Position numbers and translations under genes: made by a program
From: Macrostomum lignano
Lineage: Eukaryota
Length of the DNA: 64,000 nucleotides
Reading direction: 5' to 3'
Assembly: GCA_002269645.1 (NCBI GenBank)
Contig: NIVC01002582.1
Span: 1 to 64,000 of the forward strand
Notes under the pieces: model-generated
Seen by the model: only the letters and a program-made list of their open reading frames with translations
Told to the model about the DNA's origin: nothing
Database searches by the model: none
In this document: in pieces, positions 1-11,280 of the stretch
How the letters are laid out: each line of letters starts with the position of its first letter
How positions within the stretch are numbered: position 1 is the first letter of the stretch

Positions 1-220
1 GTCAGCGACATCCTCAATCGTCTGATATGCCTAGGCTGATGAAGACAGTTGAATGCGGGCGGCTAATATTGATAGGAGACCGGCTGCTCCAACTAGATAG
101 TACCAGAGCACAGGGACACTGTCACGTGACTGTCCGGTCGCAGCTGAGTGGCTTCTTGTACACCTCGGATTAATTCTGCGGCCCAATAGGTCAAGCCGCA
201 AGCCGTGACGCAGACCAGAG
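1..220 (-). CDS. TMEM127: TMEM127 homolog, exon 3 (partial at window edge; apparent -1/+1 frameshift pair)
   Basis: CTGATCAG acceptor; SLVCVTACGLTYWAAELIRGVQEATQLRPDSHVTVSL then, in another frame, YYLVGAAGLLSILAA; matches human GFSYWASELI...[28 protein letters not shown]. Confidence 0.8.
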
Positions 221-289
221 CTGATCAGATGATAAGAATAAGCATTATCGGGCTTGAGATTGACGCAATGTGTGAAATGAGACTGTTGG

Positions 290-1150
290 GAGAACAAAGG
301 AGAATATTTGAGAACAGGGCAGGGCAGATATTTGGGAAGAATATTTGGGAGGAACAGGGAAGAATATTTGGGAGGAACAGGGGAGAATATTTGGGAGAAA
401 CAGGGGAGAATATTTGGGAGGAACAGGGGAGAATATCTGAGAACATGGGAGAATATTTGGAAAGAACAGGCGAGAATACTTGAGAGGAACAGGGGAGAAT
501 ACTTAAGAGGAACAGGGGAGAACTCTTGAGAGGAACAGGGGAGAATATCTAAGAACAGGGCATAATATTTGGGAAGAACAGGGGAGAATACTTGAGAAAA
601 CAGGGGAGAATACTCGAGAGGAACAGGGGAGAATATTTGAGAGGAACAGGGGAGAATACTTGGGAGGAACAGGGGAGAATACTTGAGAGAAACAGGGGAG
701 AATACTTGGGAAGAACAGGGGAGAATACTTGGGAAGAACAGGGGAGAATACTTGGGAGGAACAGGGGAGAATACTTGAGAGAAACAGGGGAGAATACTTG
801 GGAAGAACAGGGAGAGAATACTTGGGAAGAACAGGGGAGAATACTTGGGAGAACAGGGGAGAATACTTGGGAGAACAGGGGAGAATACTTGGGAGGAACA
901 GGGGAGAATACTTGGGAAGAACAGGGGAGAATACTTGGGAAGAACAGGGGAGAATACTTGGAGGAACAGGGGAGAATACTTGAGAGAAACAGGGGAGAAT
1001 ACTTGGGAAGAACAGGGGAGAATACTTGGGAAGAACAGGGGAGAATACTTGGGAAGAACAGGGGAGAATACTTGGGAAGAACAGGGGAGAATACTTGGGA
1101 GGAACAGGGGAGAATACTTGAGAGAAACAGGGGAGAATACTTGAGAACAG
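290..1150. repeat. ~23-bp minisatellite (GAACAGGGGAGAATACTTGGGAG) in TMEM127 intron 2
   Basis: Directly visible tandem array of roughly 35 units; source of the repetitive ORFs. Confidence 0.95.
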
Positions 1151-1282
1151 GGACCGTTGTAAAGATGAACAGGAAAGGATATTTAACAAAAGAAGATGCA
1201 GTATTTAGTGGAACAGAAAATATTGACAGGTAAGAATAACAAAAGGCAAATATTTCCCCACCCAAAAAAGCCAAATACTCAC

Positions 1283-1453
1283 AAGTGGTAATACTGCCAG
1301 TAGCATTGAACTGCACCACTTTCAACAGGCGCGCATTAGGCGCAAATAAATCCAACAATAGTTGCATAATAGTGAACGCAACAGCTACTAATAGTAGTGT
1401 AAGCACAGTGCGAACCGTAATTACAACGTCGTTGTTAACGCAGTCGATGTACG
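1283..1453 (-). CDS. TMEM127: TMEM127 homolog, exon 2
   Basis: TTTTTAG acceptor, T|GTGAGT donor, 171 nt, phase 1-1; YIDCVNNDVVITVRTVLTLLLVAVAFTIMQLLLDLFAPNARLLKVVQFNATGSITT resembles human FCMNPQTVLLLRVIAAF...LLDVFGPKHPALK. Confidence 0.88.
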
Positions 1454-1764
1454 CTAAAAATTGCAATTGAAAAAATATATGCAGAAAAGCTTTTATTTAA
1501 AGAATATTTTTTTCATTACGAAAAACGTCATTTTCTATTAAATCTGTCTGCGCAAATTTCTATTATTAAATAATTAGCGCATTATACTGCCTACGAGCAT
1601 TACTTCCCATACTTCCTAGAGAAGCTCTATTCAGCGCTAGAATTTAGGCAATAAAATTAAATCTATTGGTAGATAAGAGGGGCCTTCAGAATTTCTTATA
1701 GCGCACAAAATTGCAATGTCATTTTGTTAGTCCAATCTTATCTTTTTGCGTAGATTTCGCTAAT

Positions 1765-2028
1765 AAATAATTGATTACTAATTGATGTGCAACCGACAGC
1801 TCAGTCGCAGCTATTGCGCGGCGCATCTGAAGGCCGCGTACGGCTGTTCAGTCCAAGGACTGAGGGGGGGGGGTCGCCACATACCCTCAATTACCCCAGC
1901 TGGGTGAGCTAAGGCACTGCAAAGTTAAGTGTCTTGCTCAAGGACAAAAATTGTTCCGAATGGGTCGAGAATCGAACTCCCGACCTTCAAGTGGTGAGTC
2001 CGACGCTTAACCACTAGGCTACAACCCC
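1765..2028 (-). mobile_element. tRNA-derived CORE-like SINE (family 1), copy A
   Basis: Minus strand: GGGGTTGTAGCCTAGTGG (A box), GAGTTCGATTC (B box), GTCCTTGAGCAAGACACTTAAC, shared tail and TAATCAATTATT end. Confidence 0.88.
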
Positions 2029-2254
2029 AGTATATAGTAGTATATTATTACTATCATACCAGTATTGTTTATGACAATTAGCTCCCCAATTTAAGTCAAG
2101 CCTAAGCAGGAGATGCAGATGATTTTCTAGGAAAAGCCACGTTCTAATGTTCTGGGTAGACGGCGGGAGTAACTATGACTTTTTTAAGCTATATAAATGC
2201 ATCGCCATCTAATTAGATAAACAAATAAAGCCCTTAAGATCCAATCTCGCTTAC

Positions 2255-2717
2255 AATCGTCGCCAACGCGCCACACCAGACTACTGGCATCGCCACGGGT
2301 TCGTTGAAACAATTCGCCATTGGCTAGGAATGCGCCGGTGCCAATGTACACCCGATTACAGCCGCCGCCTCGCGTGTAGAACCAATCGGCCGCGCCGCTG
2401 GACATGGCCAGCAGTGCCAGCACGCAACCGGAGCAAACCGCTGCTGGCAGGTTGCGGCTGGCCTCCTGATAGGGGTCCAGCAGCTCGCTATCTCGACGCG
2501 CATTGGCTAAGCGGGTGCAGAACCAGGCTCGGGTGCGAGTTAAAACTGGAATACGAGGATTGGTCTGTTGCTGCTGCTGCTGCCGGCCATCTGAACTGGC
2601 ATCAGGATTTGTTGAGGATATTTGCTGCTCCTGTTGCATTGATGCATCAGCTTCTGCAGCATCTGCTTCATTTAGAAGCGGCTGAAGCAGCTCAGTGTCG
2701 TCCTGTTGAGATGGCAT
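2255..2717 (-). CDS. TMEM127: TMEM127 homolog, exon 1
   Basis: ATG at 2717; ...RNLPAAVCSGCVLALLAMSSGAADWFYTRGGGCNRVYIG resembles human [39 protein letters not shown]; donor T|GTAAGC, phase 1. Confidence 0.85.
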
Positions 2718-3607
2718 AAGAAGTACATAATGCGTTTTCTTTTACTTCCAAAGCTACTAGGATTTGATCTTTTAATGTTTTAGGAGCCAATTCTTATGTA
2801 TTCTATTATTGAATATAAGCACTCGAGTGAAGCACTCAGTTCAATATTATTACTTAGACGTCTAGAGAGACTTAAGGATGACTTTTTCATTTGGGATAAG
2901 GGATTGTGAGAAAGATACAAAGAGGTTGCAAAGAAGATATTTAGTGATCTATGCAAAAGGAATACTGAGAATTAGCGCTGTGACACTCAGATTTCAGTAA
3001 TGCCCAATTGGACAAGTACATATACTAGTACTAGATTGCTCAGGCCTAAATACCAGAATGCTACCAGAATGCTAGCAGAACATTATCATACATAAAGACG
3101 ATTTCTAGAAATGTACTAGATACTATTCTAAGAAATAGCTAGGTTAATATTAAATATATTAATAACAAAGAAAATCCCTAACACTTATAACAACTTGGTG
3201 GCATCAGTGGAATTTACAATCAGAGAAGAAAGACCCCTAATACAACTTGGTAATAGTAGTAAAGTCATTACAGAAGAGAGAAGAGTACACACTATTACAT
3301 ATAGGGGCCTATGGAATAAAAAAGAGCTATAAATTATTTAATTACTGAAATGCAACCAAATGTATTTTGCTTGCAAAAAGAAAAGCATTACCATAAGTTT
3401 TATTTTTCTTTAGCAATGCAAAAAGGTCTATTGATGCACATTTGGTTGATTTGATCCAAACTTCCCATGTGAAGCATGCAGAGCAAAAAAATCTTGCATG
3501 CATGGCCATAGTGCATACTTGGGACTATGGATTCCCCTTAAGTTAAAAGCATTCCCAAAATGACAACCATCTTCCCCCTTAAATAGCAAGCACCCAAGAT
3601 AGCAAGT

Positions 3608-5395
3608 GGGTGATAGTCATTTCATCAATTGGTATTTCATCAACTCAGTTAAGGCAACTTTACTGGTGATTGACAAAGTGACTAATGCCTAGGTCTTCCC
3701 TATTTGCTTGTTGATAAAGTGACCAAAATTGTTATTATATGAATGATATTTAGTTTATACAGCAGCGTAGCTTAATAATTTTTATATTGATGAGTTTGTT
3801 TTAATAATTACCTAATTTTATTTGAAACAATCAAACTTTGCAATTTTGTTACAATATAGTATATGTTAACTGCATGCCTATTTATACATATATTCGATAG
3901 GTTAAATGTTCCATGCAAATACTCTAGATGCAAATGCATCACCTATATATGCAAACTCATACCTATATGCATCCGGGCATCAATGAATCTTTGGCCAGAA
4001 AGTACCTACTATTTGTCAACTGGTGCGCATTGCAAACAGAGCTTGGGAAGCTGAGTATCCAGTGCCCCCTATCTGACCTCCAGTTCAATCTGGCTATGGA
4101 CCCTATCCCTCCAGATTTTGTTCAGGCTAACATTCGAGTTGAAGGAACTAGCAAGCACCATTTGCTACTTTTTACTACCAATCAAATCAAGCTGCTGGCA
4201 TCTTATTGGCTATAGTTTCTAGATGGCACTTTTGATGTCATCCATGCACCATTCAAGCAACTCTACTCTGTGTACTGCTATATCCAGCAAGGAACAATGT
4301 CAGTCAAACCAATGCCCCTGGCATTCGCTATGTCAGGCAAGGCTATCAACAACTATACTGTTGTATTTCAATTGTTGCAGGAGGCAATTGGTAACACAAC
4401 ACCTGAAGTCTGCATACTGAACTTTGAGCTACTGGATGGCAGGCCTTGTGAGCCATCTTCCTTATTGTCAGCTTCAAGGCTGCCTTTTTCACTACGCATA
4501 GGAAATATTTTGTCGCGTTCAATATCTAGGATTGCAACAGGCCTACCTAATAAGACCCTTTTTTTCTGGAATTTCACCAGGATGCTGATGGGCCTGCCCT
4601 ACCTGCTGTACTAGCATATGAACAACGCAGCCTAATATAAGTTGTCACCCAAGTGCAAGTGCTGCTTTTATTGGACCTAGCTAAGTATGTCAATAGTACA
4701 TGGCTGACCAACTTAGTGCATAGCGCTGCTGAAATAAACATTTATGGCTAGTCCATTCGGACAAACAACAAGGTAAAAGGCTGGCATCAGCGACTGAAGC
4801 AGTAGGCTAGAAGAGTGCAACTTATCCTGTATCCTCTCATTCAACTGCTCCACTTGGAGGCGCTGCTGGTACCTATGCACACCGCGCTAGTGCAACAAGG
4901 AATACAGGAGTGGTAGGCAGCATTGGGGGTAGTATGATTGGCTGCAAGTGCAAGTGGAGCAATATTAGGCATAGTATCATAGTGGCACATTTTTGATTTG
5001 TGCATTCCTGCTCAGCTACATAAGACTTGGCCACATTCCACATTTCAAACACGTAAATGTATAGTCAGATGTAAATGTATAGTCAGAGATGCATCAATTG
5101 AAACTGGCAGATGTTGCACAGAAGGGTATCTAGATATAAATATTAATTAGCCTGTCAACTTAGTCATTTCATAGTTTAGTTTTAGTATTTTTGTGGCTAC
5201 TAGTGGCAGGGGTAGTTTATTGGCAGTTGACAAAGTGACCAATGTTGGGGAACTCCCTGTTGGTCAATTGACGAAATGACCAAGGTTGGAGACTGTTTCA
5301 TTGGCTAGTTGACAAAATGACCAATGCAAAAACTGAGTTGACAAAATGGCCAGTTGACAAAACACAAACACCAATTGAGTAAATGACTAGGACCC
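3608..5395 (+). mobile_element. Mutator-like (MULE) internally deleted DNA transposon relic
   Basis: Imperfect TIRs (GGGTGATAGTCATTTCATCAATTGG vs reverse complement of right end GGGTCCTAGTCATTTACTCAATTGG); 8-bp TSD TAGCAAGT/TAGCAAGC; subterminal GACAAAGTGACC repeats. Confidence 0.8.
4060..4900 (+). pseudogene. Degenerate MULE DDE transposase
   Basis: *FLDGTFDVIHAPFKQLY..., PLAFAMSGK...YTVVFQLL, LNFE, KYVNSTWL, TNNKVKGWHQRL motifs, with stops and frameshifts. Confidence 0.85.
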
Positions 5396-6497
5396 TAGCA
5401 AGCATCTTTCAAAAGTAATAATAAGAATAATAGACTAGCTTTCTTTTTCCAAAATAGATCATATAAGTAAAAAGCCTTCAAAATTTAAATACAAAATTCA
5501 ATACAAAATTTAAATGCATATTCAAGTTAAAAAATTAAATAGAAATCATTAACTAGTTTCTTATAATATATAAAAATTTTATATACTAGTTCTAATTTTA
5601 AATTATGCTTTTTAAAAGTTCAACTCTCAAATAGGCTTTTCACAAAGATTGGTTCCAGAACCAGAATCAATAGGAAAATGAAAAGCATCAAATTTTCAAT
5701 TCTATTTCTGTCTAATTATATTACTTCTTAAAAGATAAACATATTTTTATTTAATATTAAGAAACCAGTATTCTTTTTGAAATGTTATTTCAAATTTGTC
5801 TTTTTGTTTCTGTAGAAATGTGACAATGGATTAAGAAAATTTCTCAAACCAAATTCTAGAATTAGATCACAGTTCTGGAACTGATTCTAAAAATGGAACA
5901 GCCAAATGAAAAGCTTTGAACCAATTCTGGTTCTGGAATTGGTAATATAAAAAGGATATAAGTGATGACATAAGTCATGGATCATGGAACTTATGCCACA
6001 AAGTCAAAGAAAAGCTTAAAAATAAAACTAGGCGCTAGGCCTATTTGTTATTTCTGAGCACGAGTTTAGCAATAGTATTGACATGGCATTGGCATTTTAT
6101 AATAAATAAAAGTTTTGTGAAAATTGATAGGGTAAAAGTAAAAAAATGTAATATTTGCATTCCTATGGCTATGACCTATGGCTACAGGCCATAAGACCAA
6201 GAGAATATCTTTTTAAAATGATTATTCTCTTTAGGAATATGAATATCCTAAGTGATTTTTTAAAAAGGGACTAGGCCTAAATATGTAATTTGTCTTTGTT
6301 GTTGACAGCTTTAGCTTTATAATTGTAAGATTAATTAACTACTTGTGCAAAGTTAATTTACTATATTAGATTTTGATACATGCCAAACACAACACTGCAC
6401 TTTTCGTGTAGCCGTTACCTAGGCCCTACATTCACACACACAAACGATCCAAGGACGACTTTCCTTGAAACGATCATTAATAAATTATCAAGAATAA

Positions 6498-6994
6498 GGG
6501 TGCGTTCGAGTGACTTAAAATGACTTAAACTGCCATTTTAACGTCCTTAGTAAAACAAATTTATCGTAATTGAATATTTTGTATTCTTCACCTTTGTTCT
6601 ATCATTTGCTTTCACGTAAATAGAAAGACAAAACTATAACATGAAGTTCACTCAGATACTATATTGAAGAATAAGAACCAAGCTGAAAAAGTACAAAACT
6701 CCAATAGAAAAATAATATAACAGTAGCAACAATAATAGTGACTATATTCCAAGTCCAAATAAACTACTATGTAATAACAATTAATATAACGGTGCCTAGG
6801 CGTTCAGGTTGAGTTGGAAGAAGTATAGGTGACGTTTTTTAATCTTAGACCGGTTTTAGAAATTGAATTAATTTTTAATTGTAATTTGACTATCATTTAC
6901 CTAGATTATTTTTACATTTAGTCTGCTTAACATTTGTTTTACTAAGGACGTTAAAATGGCAGTTTAAGTCATTTTAAGTCACTCGAACGCACCC
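6498..6994. mobile_element. PIF/Harbinger (Tourist-like) MITE, 497 bp
   Basis: 63-bp perfect TIR starting GGGTGCGTTCG; TAA on both flanks; AT-rich non-coding interior. Confidence 0.92.
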
Positions 6995-7204
6995 TAAGTT
7001 AAAAACCAATTCCAGGTTCTACTGTTGTTAGAACTAAAAATACCATTGTAGATAAATAGAAATTTAAATTTTAGAATATTTTCTTATATAATGATTGCAG
7101 AATATTCAACGACAATGTTAATAAGTGAATGCTTAGTACTTGTTATAAAAGGCAAAACTTTTAACTTTGTTTAATTGTTAGAAATGAAACTAAAATTTAG
7201 TCAC

Positions 7205-7735
7205 AAAGGTTCCTAGTCATTTCGTATCTGCCATTTCGTCATCTGGGTGTCTGGGGTGCTCACCTTGACTACGGTCACTTTGTCATCTTAATTAACATGC
7301 ACTACCTGAAGAGAGTCATTTCGTCATCCACCAATCATATTAGTTCCAACTTCAAGTAAATTATTGTGGCAATCAAACATATTTACTTGGAATCCTTATG
7401 ATCCCAGTCATTTTGTCATCTCGATTGATAAAACCTGTCGATCGATCGGTTCTGCTTGCCGCAGCTTATAGTTATTAAACAAGAAATATTTTACACTAAC
7501 TCTAATCACGCACAGATTCATTGGTTGATGACGAAGTATCCAGCATAACTAAATATTTGGTCACTTCGTCAAATTATTTTTCAAGCTACTTTGCTTCTGG
7601 TCACTTCGTCATCCGATAGGACGAAATGGAATATGACGATCTGACCAGTGACCGTCACAATCGATTCAGAATTCGATACAAAATTAAAGACAAGATTCGT
7701 CTATAATTAGCGGCCTAGTATGGTACCTTGTTTAT
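7205..7735. mobile_element. Fragment related to the MULE terminal repeats
   Basis: Begins GGTTCCTAGTCATTTCGT (like the MULE TIR) with repeated TCATTTCGTCA/TCACTTCGTCA; no clear right TIR. Confidence 0.45.
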
Positions 7736-9966
7736 AGGATAGAAAATAAAAATATGTATAAATTTTCTTGTAATAATTGGTTAGGTATTTGAAAAGATGT
7801 TTTTGTATCATAACTAGTTTACTTATTAGTTAATTTTAATTTTTATGGTTTTTGCCTATGCCACTAAGGACTTCACTAAGCTGAGCTGCTGAAGAACTAT
7901 AGGCTATAGCCATAGGCATAGGCATTGCCATCATTGGCACCATGGCATTGGGCATATAATATATTGCATTTATACTTTACACAAATTTTTATTATAGTCA
8001 TCATTGTAGCCAAAAAAAGTCCATATATATAGGCCTTTTTTTATCAAAACTGGTTTGTTGACCAAATGGTCTACCATTGTCCAGATCATGTTGAGTGCAT
8101 ACAGTGCATACCCAAATAAAAATTAAATAATTGCAAATGCATGACAAAAAATTGCAAGGACACCCATTCCTAAAGCTATGCTAGTATGGCAGTATTGCAG
8201 CAATAAATGAAGTTTTTTGAATTGTGTAAGAGAACCTTTTTGGCAGATAATTTGGTAGATTTTTAGGCCTAGGGGCCTATCCTTTAGCAATATTATTTAT
8301 AGCAAAAAATGATGCAGGCAAAGAATTGCTTAAATGCCTTAAACTATGAGCTTATAAAACCTAGAAAGCTTGAAATTTACATTCAAAAATAAACTTTTTT
8401 TATATTTTTTCTGCTTTATTACTAGGCCTAACTTTTAGTCTTCTGCATGATTCTATAAAGTGCATACTAGGTATACATGCATACTTTTTTCTTAAGTGTG
8501 ATTTGCACCAACTGTGGTATACAATGTCCGCATGCCCAAATTTTTGGGTATATATTACATAAGGTCATGATGAATATAATGTCATAGTGTAGCTTGTAGG
8601 CAGATATGCCACAATTGCTATCCTTGATACTTCTGCTACCACTGCTGCAGCACCTGTGGCAGGCAGATGATGTACCATTGTGCCATAACTGTCCATTAAC
8701 CTTTAGCGTCATTGGCAACTGGCAATATGGCCAGTTATTGAGAAAAAAGTTGCCACTATCTTCTTGCTGATGCTTCACAACCTCTGTGACTTCAAAGGTG
8801 ATGACTTGTCCTCAAAGTACCAGATGGCTGACTGGTGCTTTGTTTCTGGATCAAACTGATAAATCCTTGTTTTATCATGTGACAATGTCCAGAATATCAC
8901 AACTAGTGCCTCTATCAAAGTTAGCAGCATTTGATAGTTTGCTATTGTATGCAAGCTGCCTTCTGTGGCTCCATGAGCAAATGAGGCCCCTATCAAGCAC
9001 AGAGCATCTAGACATGCAGGTGTTGGTGTGCAAGATGCTCTGCACCTAGCTAGCCCTAATGCTTAGAGCCTCCTAAAGCTGTGCCATGGCTATTCAGCAA
9101 GCTGCTAGCAGTAGCTACTCTATCTGCTCTATATTTTCTGGCATCATAGCAGTGACAGGTCAGCCACTTTGCTCCTTGTTAGACAGGCTCATCTGGCCAC
9201 TGGTAAACTTGCAATACCAGTTTTTTACTATGGCTAGGGATAGAGCCTGATCCCTGAAAGTGGTTATAAACTGCTCATGGAACTGTTGCCTCATTAAGCT
9301 ATACAAAGTTGTAAAACATCATTGCTTGGAAGTCACAATTTTCAAGTTGAATGCTCATTTTTAGGTTGTTGCATGAAAGTAATTTTCTTCTGCTTATAAA
9401 ATTTGTCAACTTGAACATATAATTTAATACTTTGGCTACAGGCATGTAAGAGGTTGCGTAAGTTAAATTTTAGACCTATGCCTCAAGCAAGAAGGGTGTT
9501 AGGCTAAAGACTTTTGGAGTAGTCCTTGTATTATATTTGTTGATTAAAGTCAAATATGCTAAGCTATATTAAAAAAGAGAGATCAAAGTTGATATATTAT
9601 GCTTACAAAACAAGAAGTTAGAGAAGTTGCTTTTAACAAAGATATTTTCATTGATTTAAGGCTTTAGGATTTCCTATAGGTCATATATGTGGAATACCTA
9701 TCTAAGCCAGACAATCTAGCCATCTAGCAAAGGACCCAGCCAAGGTAATTCACAAAAATGATACCCAGGAAAATAGATATATTACTTTTAGATTGAGACA
9801 TTTAGCCTTAATAATAGTAGCATTGTTACTTTTGCCATTTATCAAAATTACATTAATTTTTTCTTGGATGTCTTTCATAGGTAACTTGCATTTTTAGTCA
9901 AAAAAGTAAGTTGTACAGCTGAGTATATAAATAGGGGGTTGCACATGTATGCTATAGGTTATATTA

Positions 9967-11280
9967 CGAGGGTCACTCGAAATGTCTTTAGAATGGAAGG
10001 GAAAGAGTAAAACTTTTGTTTGCTAGCTTTCATCCATAGACTAAATTATTTTCCGTTAATGCATGTTAAGTCTCATTGCCAGTCACTCAGCCAACTCTGA
10101 GTTAAAGCCTGATTAAACAGGCACCCTACACTAAAAGTCATGGAGCCTAAAAATTTCAATTTCTGTGCAATGATATACTATGACTCAAAATGCAACCTGA
10201 CACCAGCAGAATGTTTTTCTTGGCTTGTAACTGCCTACCCCAACAAGTCTCCATCTCAAGCAACTATGTACAACTAGTATCACAAGTTTCGTTTGCAGCG
10301 CATCTGCCTGAGTGATGAAGGTTGTAGCAGTTGGCCCTAAACAGCTGTAACCCAGCACAACATCAATGAAGCTGAGCAACTGGTAAACAAAAACAGGCAC
10401 ATAACCTACAATGAGTTACAGTCGCAACTGGGCATTGGATTGGGGCAGGTGCACTCTATCCTGCACAAACACCTTGACCTACAGAAGCTATGCACTCAAT
10501 AGGTGCCCCATTCGCTGTCACAGGAGCAGAGACAGGTCAGGGGGGACTGGTGCGAGAAAATGCTAAGAGAATTCGCCAGAGGAGCATCAAGGAAGGTTGT
10601 TGACATTGTTTGTGGTGATGAGACCTGGGTGATGATGACGATGATGATGGTGATGATGACCTAGAAACAAAGCATCAGTCGACAGTCTGGTACTTCTCCG
10701 GCAATGACCATCTGACCAAGGTGTAGAGGCCCTGGAGTGTCAGAAAAAAGATGGTCGCCTCCTTCATCACCATCTCCAGCCATCTGGTGTTGGTGCCCCT
10801 GAAGGATCATCGCACAGTGCCTACAGCATGGTACACCAGCCACTGCCTTCCTCAAATCATCAGCGCTTGGTGCCAGAGGCAACCAAACACAGGAACCCAA
10901 GGCCTTCAGCTGCACCAGGACAACACTAGCACCCATACTGCACGGTTGACTTTTGCCTTCCTGGAGCAAAATGGAGTCAAACTGCTTTCCCACCCACCCT
11001 ACTCGCCTGACCTGCCCCCCTGCAGCTTTTTCTTGTTTCTGACAGTCAAACAGCAGATTCGGGGCCAACAATTTGAGACCCCAGATGCAGCCCTGCAAGC
11101 TTACATGCATGCAATGGACACCATGCCAAGTTTGACCTTCTCACACCCTTTTGAGCAGTGGTTTTACCAAATGGAGAAGTGTGTCGCTGCTGGAGGGAGT
11201 TACTTTGAAAACATTTAGAGTTTTGTTTTGTTTTTAGCATTATAACCATTCCATTATAAAAACTTTCAGACTGACCCTTG
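9967..11280 (+). mobile_element. Full-length inactive mariner element (~1.3 kb)
   Basis: TA flanks; imperfect TIRs CGAGGGTCACTCGAAA vs CAAGGGTCAGTCTGAAA (Hsmar2/irritans-like style). Confidence 0.9.
10140..11218 (+). pseudogene. Mariner DD34D transposase pseudogene
   Basis: MEPKNFNFCAMIYYD..., *VPHSL (WVPHEL), IVCGDETW, LHQDNTSTH, HPPYSPDLPPCSFFLF; stops, frameshifts, third catalytic D replaced by S. Confidence 0.92.

Noticed and set aside
5645-5945. 15-bp inverted repeat TTCCAGAACCAGAAT / ATTCTGGTTCTGGAA as a possible old MITE
   Set aside because: No TSD or terminal signature identified; too degenerate to call.
8467-9049. Short ORFs in the CpG-poor intergenic block
   Set aside because: No recognisable motifs; possibly further decayed TE sequence but not supportable.
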